Assembly (NCBI RefSeq): GCF_003018235.1
Contig: NZ_CP027437.1
Origin: Escherichia coli
GTDB lineage: Bacteria; Pseudomonadota; Gammaproteobacteria; Enterobacterales; Enterobacteriaceae
Length of the DNA: 64,000 nucleotides
Strand: one strand, 5' to 3'
Shown here: positions 43,663-52,234 of the stretch, one piece after another
Numbering within the stretch: position 1 is the first letter of the stretch
Layout: each line of letters begins with the position of its first letter
Position numbers and translations under genes: made by a program
Notes under the pieces: generated by a model
Told to the model about the DNA's origin: nothing
The model's input: only the letters and a program-made list of their open reading frames with translations
The model's database searches: none

Positions 43663-44309
43663 TATTGTGCCCCGCGTTGTTGCAGGAACAGAATGGTGGC
43701 CGCCACGCGTGAGCGGACATTGAGTTTACGCAGCAGATTGCGAATGTGTACTTTTACTGTCTGCTCGGAAATATTCAACACCGAGGCAATCTGTTTATTT
43801 GACAGCCCCTGTGCCAGCTCGTGCAGAACATCCAGCTCGCGCTCCGTCAGCACGCTGAAGGGATCTTCTTCTGCGCCAAACATTTCACGTTCACGTAAGT
43901 ACTGATTGACGCGTTCGCTAAAGACTTTGCTGCCTTTCGCTCCGGCACGAATCGCTTCCAGCAACACTTCCGGGTCGCTGTCTTTCAACAGATAACCGTC
44001 TGCGCCTGCGTCTATCAGCGCAAAGACATCGCTGGAGGCATCTGATACAGTCAGGATAATAATTTGCGCGGTAACGCCATCCCTGCGCAAGGCATTGAGG
44101 GTATCCAGGCCACTCATACCTTTCATATTGAGATCCAGCAAGATCACGTCGATATCCAGTCTATTCGCCAGATCGATCGCGCTCGCGCCGTCGCCCGCTT
44201 CGGCGACCACTTCAAAGCCAGGATCAAGCTCCAGTAACTGACGAACACCGCGTCGCATAAGTGGATGATCATCCACAATCATCACCTGAAAAGGCGTTGC
44301 TTCAGGCAT
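43662..44309 (-). CDS. narP: Nitrate/nitrite response regulator NarP; start at MPEATPFQ
   Basis: Receiver domain plus LuxR HTH. 215 aa counted from the internal Met; the ORF extends to 44339. Confidence 0.85.
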   Translation of the reverse strand: MPEATPFQVMIVDDHPLMRRGVRQLLELDPGFEVVAEAGDGASAIDLANRLDIDVILLDLNMKGMSGLDTLNALRRDGVTAQIIILTVSDASSDVFALIDAGADGYLLKDSDPEVLLEAIRAGAKGSKVFSERVNQYLREREMFGAEEDPFSVLTERELDVLHELAQGLSNKQIASVLNISEQTVKVHIRNLLRKLNVRSRVAATILFLQQRGAQ

Positions 44310-44628
44310 AGTAGTCTCCTGAGGTTTTATTAGAATCATTATGTTTGAGCGTAGCGTTGGTAACGCTACCAGGCGCGTGAATGTTACCCCATTTTATGTA
44401 TGGACATGTAGCGAAAACTACAACCTTGTCGTTCGCTTTGGCATCATTTTCATTATAAAGACGGAATTTTGCATCAGCTTCTCATCAAGAAAAACAACTA
44501 AAAAATCAATCACAATACTTGTGCATTTCTTTAAACAGTTTTTAAAAACTGACTCCGGGTATGGAGCTATGGGTATTTTCTCTACCCAATGCTTTTAACA
44601 GCAATTAATTTCATAGGATGAAAGCTCA

Positions 44629-47220
44629 ATGCATCAATCTGGTTCTGTTTCTCTTTGTCGTTCCGCAATATCTGTTCTGGTGGCTACAGCGTTATATTCA
44701 CCCATAGCATTGGCATCAACAGTTGAGTATGGTGAGACAGTTGATGGTGTTGTCCTGGAAAAAGATATCCAGCTGGTTTATGGGACCGCCAATAATACGA
44801 AAATCAATCCTGGCGGAGAACAGCATATTAAAGAATTTGGTATAAGTAGTAATACTGAAATTAACGGCGGGTATCAGTACATTGAAATGAATGGCACCGC
44901 AGAATACTCAGTATTAAATGATGGTTATCAAATTGTTCAAATGGGTGGTGCGGCAAACCAGACTACCCTCAATAATGGTGTGCTACAGGTTTATGGCGCA
45001 GCGAATGATACTACCATTAAAGGCGGGCGCTTAATTATTGAAAAAGATGGGATTACCGTCTTTGCCGCTATCGAAAAGGGAGGATTACTGGAGGTTAAAG
45101 AGGGGGGGTTAGCATTTGCGGTAGATCAGAAAGCCGGCGGTGCTATTAAAACAACCACGCGGGCCATGGAGGTATTCGGAACAAACCGTCTCGGTCAGTT
45201 CGATATCAAGGATGGTATTGCTAATAATATGTTGTTGGAAAACGGCGGAAGTTTGCGAGTTGAAGAAAATGACTTCGCTTATAATACCACTGTGGATAAT
45301 GGCGGCTTACTGGAGGTTATGGATGGCGGGACTGCAACTGGCGTTGATAAAAAAGCAGGCGGAAAATTAATTGTCTCAACGAATGCGCTGGAAGTGAGTG
45401 GTACAAACAGTAAAGGCCAATTTAGTATAAAAGATGGTGTGTCCAAAAATTATGAACTGGATGATGGTTCCGGGCTCATTGTTATGGAGGACACGCAGGC
45501 CATTGACACTATCCTTGATGAGCATGCCACTATGCAATCGCTGGGAAAGGATACTGGTACGAGAGTGCAGGCAAATGCGGTATATGATCTCGGTCGATCA
45601 GATCAGAATGGAAGTATCACGTATTCCTCTAAAGCCATCTCTGAAAATATGGTTATCAACAATGGCCGCGCTAATGTCTGGGCTGGCACAATGGTTAACG
45701 TTTCAGTCAGAGGGAATGATGGCATTCTTGAGGTCATGAAGCCGCAAATAAATTATGCACCCGCTATGTTGGTGGGTAAGGTAGTGGTTTCTGAGGGCGC
45801 TTCTTTTAGAACGCATGGTGCCGTGGATACCAGCAAAGCGGATGTTTCGCTCGAAAATAGCGCATGGACCATCATTGCCGATATCACTACGACGAACCAA
45901 AACACTCGCCTCAACTTAGCCAACCTTGCGATGTCTGGCGCAAATGTGATTATGATGGCTGAGCCAGTGACTCGTTCATCTGTGACGGCAAGTGCGGAAA
46001 ATTTCACTACGTTGACCACCAATACCCTATCGGGAAACGGCAATTTTTATATGCGTACCGATATGGCTAATCATCAGAGCGATCAGCTCAACGTCACCGG
46101 TCAGGCAACAGGTGATTTCAAAATATTCGTTACGGACACCGGTGCCAGCCCGGCAGCAGGTGATAGCCTTACACTGGTAACAACGGGCGGCGGTGATGCT
46201 GCATTTACGTTGGGCAATGCCGGAGGCGTTGTTGATATCGGTACGTATGAATATACCTTGCTGGATAATGGCAACCATAGCTGGAGCCTCGCAGAGAATC
46301 GCGCGCAAATTACCCCTTCAACCACTGATGTGCTGAATATGGCGGCAGCACAACCGCTGGTATTTGATGCAGAACTGGACACCGTGCGTGAGCGTATTGG
46401 TAGCGTAAAAGGCGTTAATTACGATACGGCGATGTGGAGTTCGGCAATTAACACCCGCAACAACGTGACCACTGATGCGGGAGCTGGCTTTGAGCAAACA
46501 TTGACCGGGCTGACGCTCGGTATCGATAGCCGTTTCTCCCGTGAAGAAAGCAGCACAATTCGCGGCTTGTTCTTTGGTTACTCTCATTCTGATATTGGTT
46601 TTGATCGCGGCGGCAAAGGTAATATCGATAGCTATACCCTGGGGGCTTATGCTGGTTGGGAGCATCAGAACGGTGCCTATGTTGATGGGGTGGTGAAAGT
46701 TGACCGTTTTGCCAACACTATCCATGGCAAGATGAGTAATGGGGCAACAGCGTTTGGCGATTACAGTAGTAACGGCGCGGGTGCTCATGTCGAGAGCGGG
46801 TTCCGTTGGGTTGACGGATTGTGGAGTGTTAGACCCTATCTGGCCTTTACCGGCTTTACCACAGATGGTCAGGACTACACGTTATCAAACGGCATGCGCG
46901 CGGATGTGGGAAATACCCGCATATTACGCGCTGAAGCGGGAACAGCGGTAAGCTATCACATGGACCTGCAAAACGGTACGACGCTGGAACCCTGGCTGAA
47001 AGCCGCCGTACGTCAGGAATACGCCGATTCTAACCAGGTGAAAGTTAATGACGATGGCAAATTTAATAATGATGTGGCTGGAACCCGTGGCGTTTATCAG
47101 GCTGGGATAAGGTCATCGTTTACCCCGACGTTAAGCGGTCATTTGTCTGTCAGCTATGGCAATGGCGCAGGGGTAGAATCACCGTGGAATACTCAGGCGG
47201 GTGTGGTCTGGTCGTTCTGA
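44629..47220 (+). CDS. yejO: Intact autotransporter YejO (passenger domain plus C-terminal beta-barrel)
   Basis: 863 aa with a signal peptide, repetitive passenger domain and autotransporter beta-domain ending ...GVVWSF. It is not IS-disrupted as in K-12. Confidence 0.8.
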   Translation: MHQSGSVSLCRSAISVLVATALYSPIALASTVEYGETVDGVVLEKDIQLVYGTANNTKINPGGEQHIKEFGISSNTEINGGYQYIEMNGTAEYSVLNDGYQIVQMGGAANQTTLNNGVLQVYGAANDTTIKGGRLIIEKDGITVFAAIEKGGLLEVKEGGLAFAVDQKAGGAIKTTTRAMEVFGTNRLGQFDIKDGIANNMLLENGGSLRVEENDFAYNTTVDNGGLLEVMDGGTATGVDKKAGGKLIVSTNALEVSGTNSKGQFSIKDGVSKNYELDDGSGLIVMEDTQAIDTILDEHATMQSLGKDTGTRVQANAVYDLGRSDQNGSITYSSKAISENMVINNGRANVWAGTMVNVSVRGNDGILEVMKPQINYAPAMLVGKVVVSEGASFRTHGAVDTSKADVSLENSAWTIIADITTTNQNTRLNLANLAMSGANVIMMAEPVTRSSVTASAENFTTLTTNTLSGNGNFYMRTDMANHQSDQLNVTGQATGDFKIFVTDTGASPAAGDSLTLVTTGGGDAAFTLGNAGGVVDIGTYEYTLLDNGNHSWSLAENRAQITPSTTDVLNMAAAQPLVFDAELDTVRERIGSVKGVNYDTAMWSSAINTRNNVTTDAGAGFEQTLTGLTLGIDSRFSREESSTIRGLFFGYSHSDIGFDRGGKGNIDSYTLGAYAGWEHQNGAYVDGVVKVDRFANTIHGKMSNGATAFGDYSSNGAGAHVESGFRWVDGLWSVRPYLAFTGFTTDGQDYTLSNGMRADVGNTRILRAEAGTAVSYHMDLQNGTTLEPWLKAAVRQEYADSNQVKVNDDGKFNNDVAGTRGVYQAGIRSSFTPTLSGHLSVSYGNGAGVESPWNTQAGVVWSF

Positions 47221-47282
47221 TAACAGAAAATAAACAGGCCGTGATGTGTCGCGGTCTGTTTATCGAATTAAATGCAGATATA

Positions 47283-47314
47283 AAAAAACCAACCGCAAAG
47301 GTTGGTTTTTTTTG
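47283..47314 (+). terminator. Rho-independent terminator of yejO
   Basis: accaaccgcaaaggttggt hairpin followed by tttttttt. Confidence 0.8.
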
Positions 47315-47377
47315 GGATTTTTGCACGAGAGTAGTTTAATTGAGTATGTAACTACATGATTTAAAATAATTTGTCTA

Positions 47378-47410
47378 ATTCAACTTTTAAACCGTATAAC
47401 CAAACGTATA
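47378..47410. promoter_or_regulatory. Left-arm integrase binding repeats (cgtataaccaa / cgtataactaa)
   Basis: The same 11-mer family as the four copies between int and proL at 57450-57530. Confidence 0.55.
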
Positions 47411-47620
47411 ACTAAAATGATTTGCTGAAAAAGTGTACAATTTAAAGACAGATTTTCCCGGGGGTTATAAAACTGCGAAAATTTCGTAGTTATCCCGATA
47501 CGGGGATCACCATATCGGGATTGGATACCTGGCTTTTTTTCCGGTTAACTCTTAATCATCTGCGTGATCATAATGATGATTCAGCCAGCGCAATTTTGCG
47601 TTATCGGGAATATCAGCAAG

Positions 47621-47902
47621 TTACCGCCGTAACCGCTCCGGCTTCTTCCAGTGGTAGGTAATTTTTTCTTTCTCCCGATACATCTCCACGCGGCGCTTGT
47701 AGGCCAGCATTTCAAGAACGCGGATCCGTATGTCGCGCATATCCACATCATTAAGCTGGATACCATCACGGCGCATCACCTCAGCAACCACACACGCATA
47801 ATTTTCGGCGGTCACGCAGTCCGGCTGCGTAGCCTGTTCGTCAGCCTGCTGGCTGATTCCGGCAACTCGGCGGATTAATCGCAGTAGTTCGGCTTCTGTC
47901 AT
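47621..47902 (-). CDS. Hypothetical 93-aa island cargo protein
   Basis: ORF only; I recognise no domain. It is the leftmost gene of the island, downstream of the capsid gene. Confidence 0.4.
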   Translation of the reverse strand: MTEAELLRLIRRVAGISQQADEQATQPDCVTAENYACVVAEVMRRDGIQLNDVDMRDIRIRVLEMLAYKRRVEMYREKEKITYHWKKPERLRR

Positions 47903-48043
47903 TGTGCCCCCTCGCGCTGGTTAAGAAAACAAGCTCAGATTTTTTGTAAAGAATCTGTCACGCTAAAAGATGTCGAACAAAAAACAATCACCTTCATCAT
48001 CTTTTTTACATAAAAACAATTAAAAACAATAATTTACATACAT

Positions 48044-48141
48044 GATGATGATGGCGATAAAATCATAAAAATGCGCTTTTTTCCGCGCCGACCCGCCCCG
48101 TGGACAGGCCCACCCCACCAGGAGGACCCGCAAAAAAGGCG
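48044..48141. repeat. Copy 1 of a roughly 100-bp island-internal direct repeat (TGAT-N9-ATCA dyad ... ccgcgccgacccgccccgtgga...accaggaggaccc)
   Basis: About 80% identical to 50594..50690. Each copy sits just past the terminator of one minus-strand gene and upstream of the next. Confidence 0.7.
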
Positions 48142-48169
48142 GCATATTTGCCGCCCTGTAAACTGTGTA

Positions 48170-50065
48170 TCAGCCGGAAGCCGTACCGCTCGATTTGACC
48201 ATGCCGCGATAGTCCAGCGCGGCCACACCGGCATCAATACGAACCTTCCAGGCGACACCGTCAACGATGAAGCCTTCCTGCTGTTCAAGGTAAGGCTCGT
48301 CATTACCATCAAGATAAGCCACCTCGATTGTGTCCGTTCCCTGTGCTGAAAGCATGTACCATTGATTCACACTAACATCATCCAGACGAGGATCGACAAT
48401 AATATCCAGTAGCTTGTGATACGGGTTAAATATGCCGCTGTTTTTATCGGCCCCGAAAGGTGCGGTTGAATTAATCATTTGCAACGCGCGATCTTCCAGT
48501 GCTGCCGGAACTAACAGGAATTTAGGTGCAATGTTCAGCACCTCGCCGTTTTTATCTTTCTGTATGCGCATAGCGTGACGTGCTGCACTAAGCCCCGGCG
48601 TCGTCATGCCAAGATCGATAAGGTTGTTGTGTTTTTTATCAAACAAGGCCACACCATCAGACAGCTTGCCGTTTCCTGTAAGTACCAGATTAACCAGATT
48701 GCCAACCGTTCTGGCTGCTGCACGCCCCATAGCCATTGGCACGGTAGACAACTGATCAAGGTCATCATTGATTATCGCCTGGCGGGTAATACTGAAAATA
48801 TTCCCGTATGTAGCCAGCGCGATTGGCTCACCGCGATCGCTGGTGGTGATGTATTTATATTCTGCCCCTTCCGGCACTTTGTTTAATGTTGAAAAACCAT
48901 TCAGGCCAACGCGGCGGGCTTCACGGAAGTTTGACAGAGAACCTTTTTTAGTCCACTGGCGGAATGTTTCGCCGCTGTGCTCCCAGCCTGCCAGCACTGA
49001 TTTTTCAGCGCCACCAGCCAGGATGTAAGTAAAATCGCTGCTGCTGTGAGTGAATGCCGCATTAACAATCTGCGAACGCGTGCTGTAGCTGCCTGTGCTT
49101 ATGCCACGATGGGTTAATGATGCCTGTGCCATATCGAAAAGGCTCATCATGGCGTAAGGATTGCCGCGTTCGGCCTGTTCGTGACCAAGACGTGCGTTAA
49201 GCCCCTGACGCATGGCATCGCCGGTTATGTTGCCGTTATCCGTATACGCGTAGTAAAGATTTGCGGGGGTGTTTTTGTTGGTGGGTGTCGATTCCTTGCC
49301 CATAGCCAATAAAAGGCGTTCGCGCGCATCCTCAACGCTACAACCTGCGTCTGCCAGGCAGTTAATAGCCAGGTCGTTATATTTCCCGTTGAACGTGCCA
49401 AACAATTCGCGAATGCCGTTTAGTCGTTCCTGTTCGCCGCTGGCTTTGTTCTGGTTGATCATGTTTTTGATACTTTCCGGCATATTTGAAAAATCTCCGA
49501 TTCGTTTTGATTCAATTCTGGCCATTGCTGTAATCGCGGGTATAACCTCATCTGCGAAGCCGTTAGCCTTACACTCATTGCCATCCATCCAGGTTTCCGC
49601 CTCCATCATGGCGGTGATTTCCTGTTTGCTTTTTCCCGTTCTTCCGGCGTAGGTTTCCGCCATCGTGTCGCCCAGCTTGTCCATCAGGTCAGCAAAGCGG
49701 CGAACGTCGCCCGACACGCCAGAAGTAACACCACGGGGGGCATGTATCATCATCATTGCGTTAGCGGGCATCACGATGTGATCGCCACACATGGCAATAA
49801 ACGAGGCCATAGAAGCCGCTATGCCTTCAATGTGTACGATTTTTTTCGCCGGATGATTTTTCAGGGCGTTATAGATAGCCAGCCCCTGAAAGATGTCGCC
49901 GCCTGGTGAATGGATACGCAAATGGATTTCAGACACGTCACCACACGCGCTTATCTGGTCGGTTAATGTTGACGCCTGTACACCGTAACCGCCTATTTCG
50001 TCATAAATGCGAACGTGAAGGGCGTCGGCTTTTGCCTGTATGCTGTACCAGGATTTCATAGCCAT
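48170..50065 (-). CDS. Prohead protease (ClpP/S49-like) fused to an HK97-fold major capsid protein
   Basis: 631 aa. The N-terminal roughly 200 aa have the ClpP-type motif HSPGGDIF and a Ser/His context. The C-terminal roughly 400 aa resemble HK97-family major capsid proteins. A terminator hairpin ggcggcaaatatgccgcc+T6 follows the stop. Confidence 0.7.
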   Translation of the reverse strand: MAMKSWYSIQAKADALHVRIYDEIGGYGVQASTLTDQISACGDVSEIHLRIHSPGGDIFQGLAIYNALKNHPAKKIVHIEGIAASMASFIAMCGDHIVMPANAMMMIHAPRGVTSGVSGDVRRFADLMDKLGDTMAETYAGRTGKSKQEITAMMEAETWMDGNECKANGFADEVIPAITAMARIESKRIGDFSNMPESIKNMINQNKASGEQERLNGIRELFGTFNGKYNDLAINCLADAGCSVEDARERLLLAMGKESTPTNKNTPANLYYAYTDNGNITGDAMRQGLNARLGHEQAERGNPYAMMSLFDMAQASLTHRGISTGSYSTRSQIVNAAFTHSSSDFTYILAGGAEKSVLAGWEHSGETFRQWTKKGSLSNFREARRVGLNGFSTLNKVPEGAEYKYITTSDRGEPIALATYGNIFSITRQAIINDDLDQLSTVPMAMGRAAARTVGNLVNLVLTGNGKLSDGVALFDKKHNNLIDLGMTTPGLSAARHAMRIQKDKNGEVLNIAPKFLLVPAALEDRALQMINSTAPFGADKNSGIFNPYHKLLDIIVDPRLDDVSVNQWYMLSAQGTDTIEVAYLDGNDEPYLEQQEGFIVDGVAWKVRIDAGVAALDYRGMVKSSGTASG

Positions 50066-50250
50066 GCCCCTAACGTGTGCCCATACCAGTACTCTACCGC
50101 GCTGCGTGCAATTTGCCCTTTGGTCGGTACTGGCATTCCTGGGTGATTTTCCCTTATGAACTGCTGATAGCGTTCAATCTTCTCCATCGTTCCGGCGTCT
50201 ATGTGCACTGTTGCGCTTTTATCCGGTTTTCTGGTGTTGTTCTCTGGCAT
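50056..50250 (-). CDS. Hypothetical 64-aa protein translationally coupled to the capsid gene (MPENNTRKPD start)
   Basis: A strong GGAGG RBS lies 7 nt upstream of the ATG at 50250. It overlaps the capsid start by 10 nt. The six-frame ORF extends to 50283. Confidence 0.45.
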   Translation of the reverse strand: MPENNTRKPDKSATVHIDAGTMEKIERYQQFIRENHPGMPVPTKGQIARSAVEYWYGHTLGAWL

Positions 50251-50406
50251 AAATCCGCCTCCGTTTTGATTAACGGGCATCATTATTGATCGATAAAAGT
50301 AATAGATAAATCATTTTCTACCTAAAAATCAGATTATGATTTTTCTGATTATTTCGAGAAAAGCAAATCATTTGACGCATTATTGCTATTTTGGCAATAT
50401 TAAGTC

Positions 50407-50482
50407 TCATTCATTCCGGTAGTAGAAGTTCGTTTGTCGTACTAAAGCGCCTCCGGTAGCACCATCGGGGGCGCTTTTTTTG
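50407..50482 (+). ncRNA. Candidate small RNA, antisense to the leader of the capsid operon
   Basis: TTGACG-17 bp-CAATAT promoter-like element at 50372-50400. A GC-rich hairpin gcgcctccggtagcaccatcgggggcgc followed by ttttttt lies at 50447-50482. There is no ORF in this 425-bp gap. Confidence 0.35.
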
Positions 50483-50593
50483 TGCCTGTTTTTTTTGTAA
50501 ATATTTTCGGGAATGTTCCAGTGGTGAACAAAAAACAACCATAATCGACACTGAAATTTTTATCAGCCAAATATATCAATAAGTTATGTTAGT

Positions 50594-50690
50594 GGTGATG
50601 GTGCCATAAAAATCAAAAAATGCGCCTTTTTCCGCGCCGACCCGCCCCGTGGATGCCCCCACCAACCAGGAGGACCCACAAAAAAGCCGG
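50594..50690. repeat. Copy 2 of the roughly 100-bp direct repeat (TGAT-N12-ATCA dyad ... ccgcgccgacccgccccgtgga...accaggaggaccc)
   Basis: See copy 1. It is located after the perC-like terminator and 340 bp upstream of the capsid operon. Confidence 0.7.
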
Positions 50691-50708
50691 ATTGCTCCGG
50701 CTGTGTGC

Positions 50709-50984
50709 TCACTTCTGCGGGTAGTTGCGCCATACTGCTTTACCAATACCAGCTATCCCCATTTGTTTTTCAGTGCGATTAACTGACCTTTTCAGAGCGC
50801 CTAAATCATCCGGCGGCTCCGGTGGCCTCTGTGCCTTCCTGGAACATTCCTGCCGTCGCATTGCCACCTGTGCGCGTTCCTTGTCTGTCTCCACCAGCAT
50901 CATCACTTCACCCCATCGCGCCGCCGCCCTCCTGTAAAATCCTTTCGCCTCGAGTTCCTCCGCTATACGGTCATGTACCATCAT
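50709..50984 (-). CDS. PerC-family transcriptional activator-like protein
   Basis: 91 aa with the N-terminal motif VHDRIAEELEAKGFYRRAAARW, typical of PerC/Pch-like proteins. A terminator hairpin gccggagcaatccggc+T6 follows the stop. Confidence 0.55.
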   Translation of the reverse strand: MMVHDRIAEELEAKGFYRRAAARWGEVMMLVETDKERAQVAMRRQECSRKAQRPPEPPDDLGALKRSVNRTEKQMGIAGIGKAVWRNYPQK

Positions 50985-51994
50985 TCACCACCTCCCGCAG
51001 ATGGCGATAAGCTGGCTTTGCCTCCAAGTGGATTAAACCTTATCGCCTCTGTCAGAAAATCCGGCGCAAAATGCGCGTAAACCATTGTCTGTTGTATGCT
51101 CGCGTGCCCCAGTATCCTTTGCAGTGTGATTATATTCCCCCCGTTCATCATGAAATGTGTCGCGAATGTGTGCCGTAATACGTGGGTGGCCTGGCCTTTT
51201 GGTAAGTCCGGTTTTACTGACTTGATGACCTCCCTGAACTCCAGATAATCCACATCAAACAACTGTCCCTTTTTACCTCTCGTTACAAGTTCCAGAACGT
51301 CATCAGACACCGGAACAGCTCGCGCCCGTCCGTTCTTCGTCTCCGTAAACATTACCTTGTTACTGACTATATTTTCCCGTCGTAGCGTCGATGACTCCCC
51401 ATAACGCGCCCCCGTCGAAAGACACAAAACAGCCAGCGCGAGACAGTCGCCTTTGGCAATATTCAGTAAATGATTAACCTCATCATCACCAAGAAAACTC
51501 ATAGCCTTGTTTGGTGCTTTCAGCTTGCGTAATCCACTCAAAGGGTTTTCACCGTGATACATACCGCATTCGATTAGCCCCCTGAACATTCCTGATATAA
51601 CCGACAAATCACGGTTAACAGTCAACGGACTAAGGCCGCATCCCAGCTTGTCGGCTCTGTATTCCATGAGCATTGCGCGGGTTATGTTGCAGATTCGTGG
51701 ATCCCCCATTTCACGGATAACCTTCATCATGCGCATAAACGATTGTTCGCCGTATTCCTCCGATCTTCCGATAAACTCCATCCATAAGTTAGCCAGATCA
51801 GATAACAGGCGAATATCTGCGGCGCGTGACTCCCAGGGCTTATTATGACAATGAAGCAGTATGTATTTTTCGTAATCACGGGCTTTTGTCTGCGAGGGAA
51901 AAATCTTTCTTATCCGTCGCCCGTAAGCGCCATTTGGCCTTACGTCAACCAGCCAGCGACCATCCTCACACTTCCTTATCGCCATGCTCCACAC
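50981..51994 (-). CDS. Internal tyrosine recombinase (phage integrase family)
   Basis: 337 aa with a C-terminal catalytic region HVLRHTFAT...HASIQQTMVYAHF (H-x-x-R ... Y). Overlapping start and stop with flanking genes. Confidence 0.75.
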   Translation of the reverse strand: MWSMAIRKCEDGRWLVDVRPNGAYGRRIRKIFPSQTKARDYEKYILLHCHNKPWESRAADIRLLSDLANLWMEFIGRSEEYGEQSFMRMMKVIREMGDPRICNITRAMLMEYRADKLGCGLSPLTVNRDLSVISGMFRGLIECGMYHGENPLSGLRKLKAPNKAMSFLGDDEVNHLLNIAKGDCLALAVLCLSTGARYGESSTLRRENIVSNKVMFTETKNGRARAVPVSDDVLELVTRGKKGQLFDVDYLEFREVIKSVKPDLPKGQATHVLRHTFATHFMMNGGNIITLQRILGHASIQQTMVYAHFAPDFLTEAIRFNPLGGKASLSPSAGGGE

Positions 51995-52226
51995 CCTTAA
52001 CGTTGATGGTTGTTACCTGTTCCGCTTCGGCTATCTCCCGTTCGGTCAGCGTGGCAAAGTTTGCCGCCGCTGTGGTCATGAATGCGCTTATCAGTTCGGG
52101 ATGTGCTTTCGCGTATCCTTCTCCCGTGTTGCGGTCTATCGTTCTGATTGCCACCTTTAAGGCGTGCTCTGTCATGTCTAATGCGCGATATTTTGGCGCT
52201 GCCTTATCTCTGGTTTTTCTGGTCAT
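51966..52226 (-). CDS. Hypothetical 86-aa protein
   Basis: ORF between the iterons and the internal recombinase; it overlaps the recombinase start. Confidence 0.4.
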   Translation of the reverse strand: MTRKTRDKAAPKYRALDMTEHALKVAIRTIDRNTGEGYAKAHPELISAFMTTAAANFATLTEREIAEAEQVTTINVKGVEHGDKEV

Positions 52227-52234
52227 TCCTCACC

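Noticed and set aside
48050-48120. Chi-like sequence (cctggtgg on the minus strand) inside repeat copy 1
   Set aside because: It differs from GCTGGTGG at the first base and is absent from copy 2. Probably coincidental.
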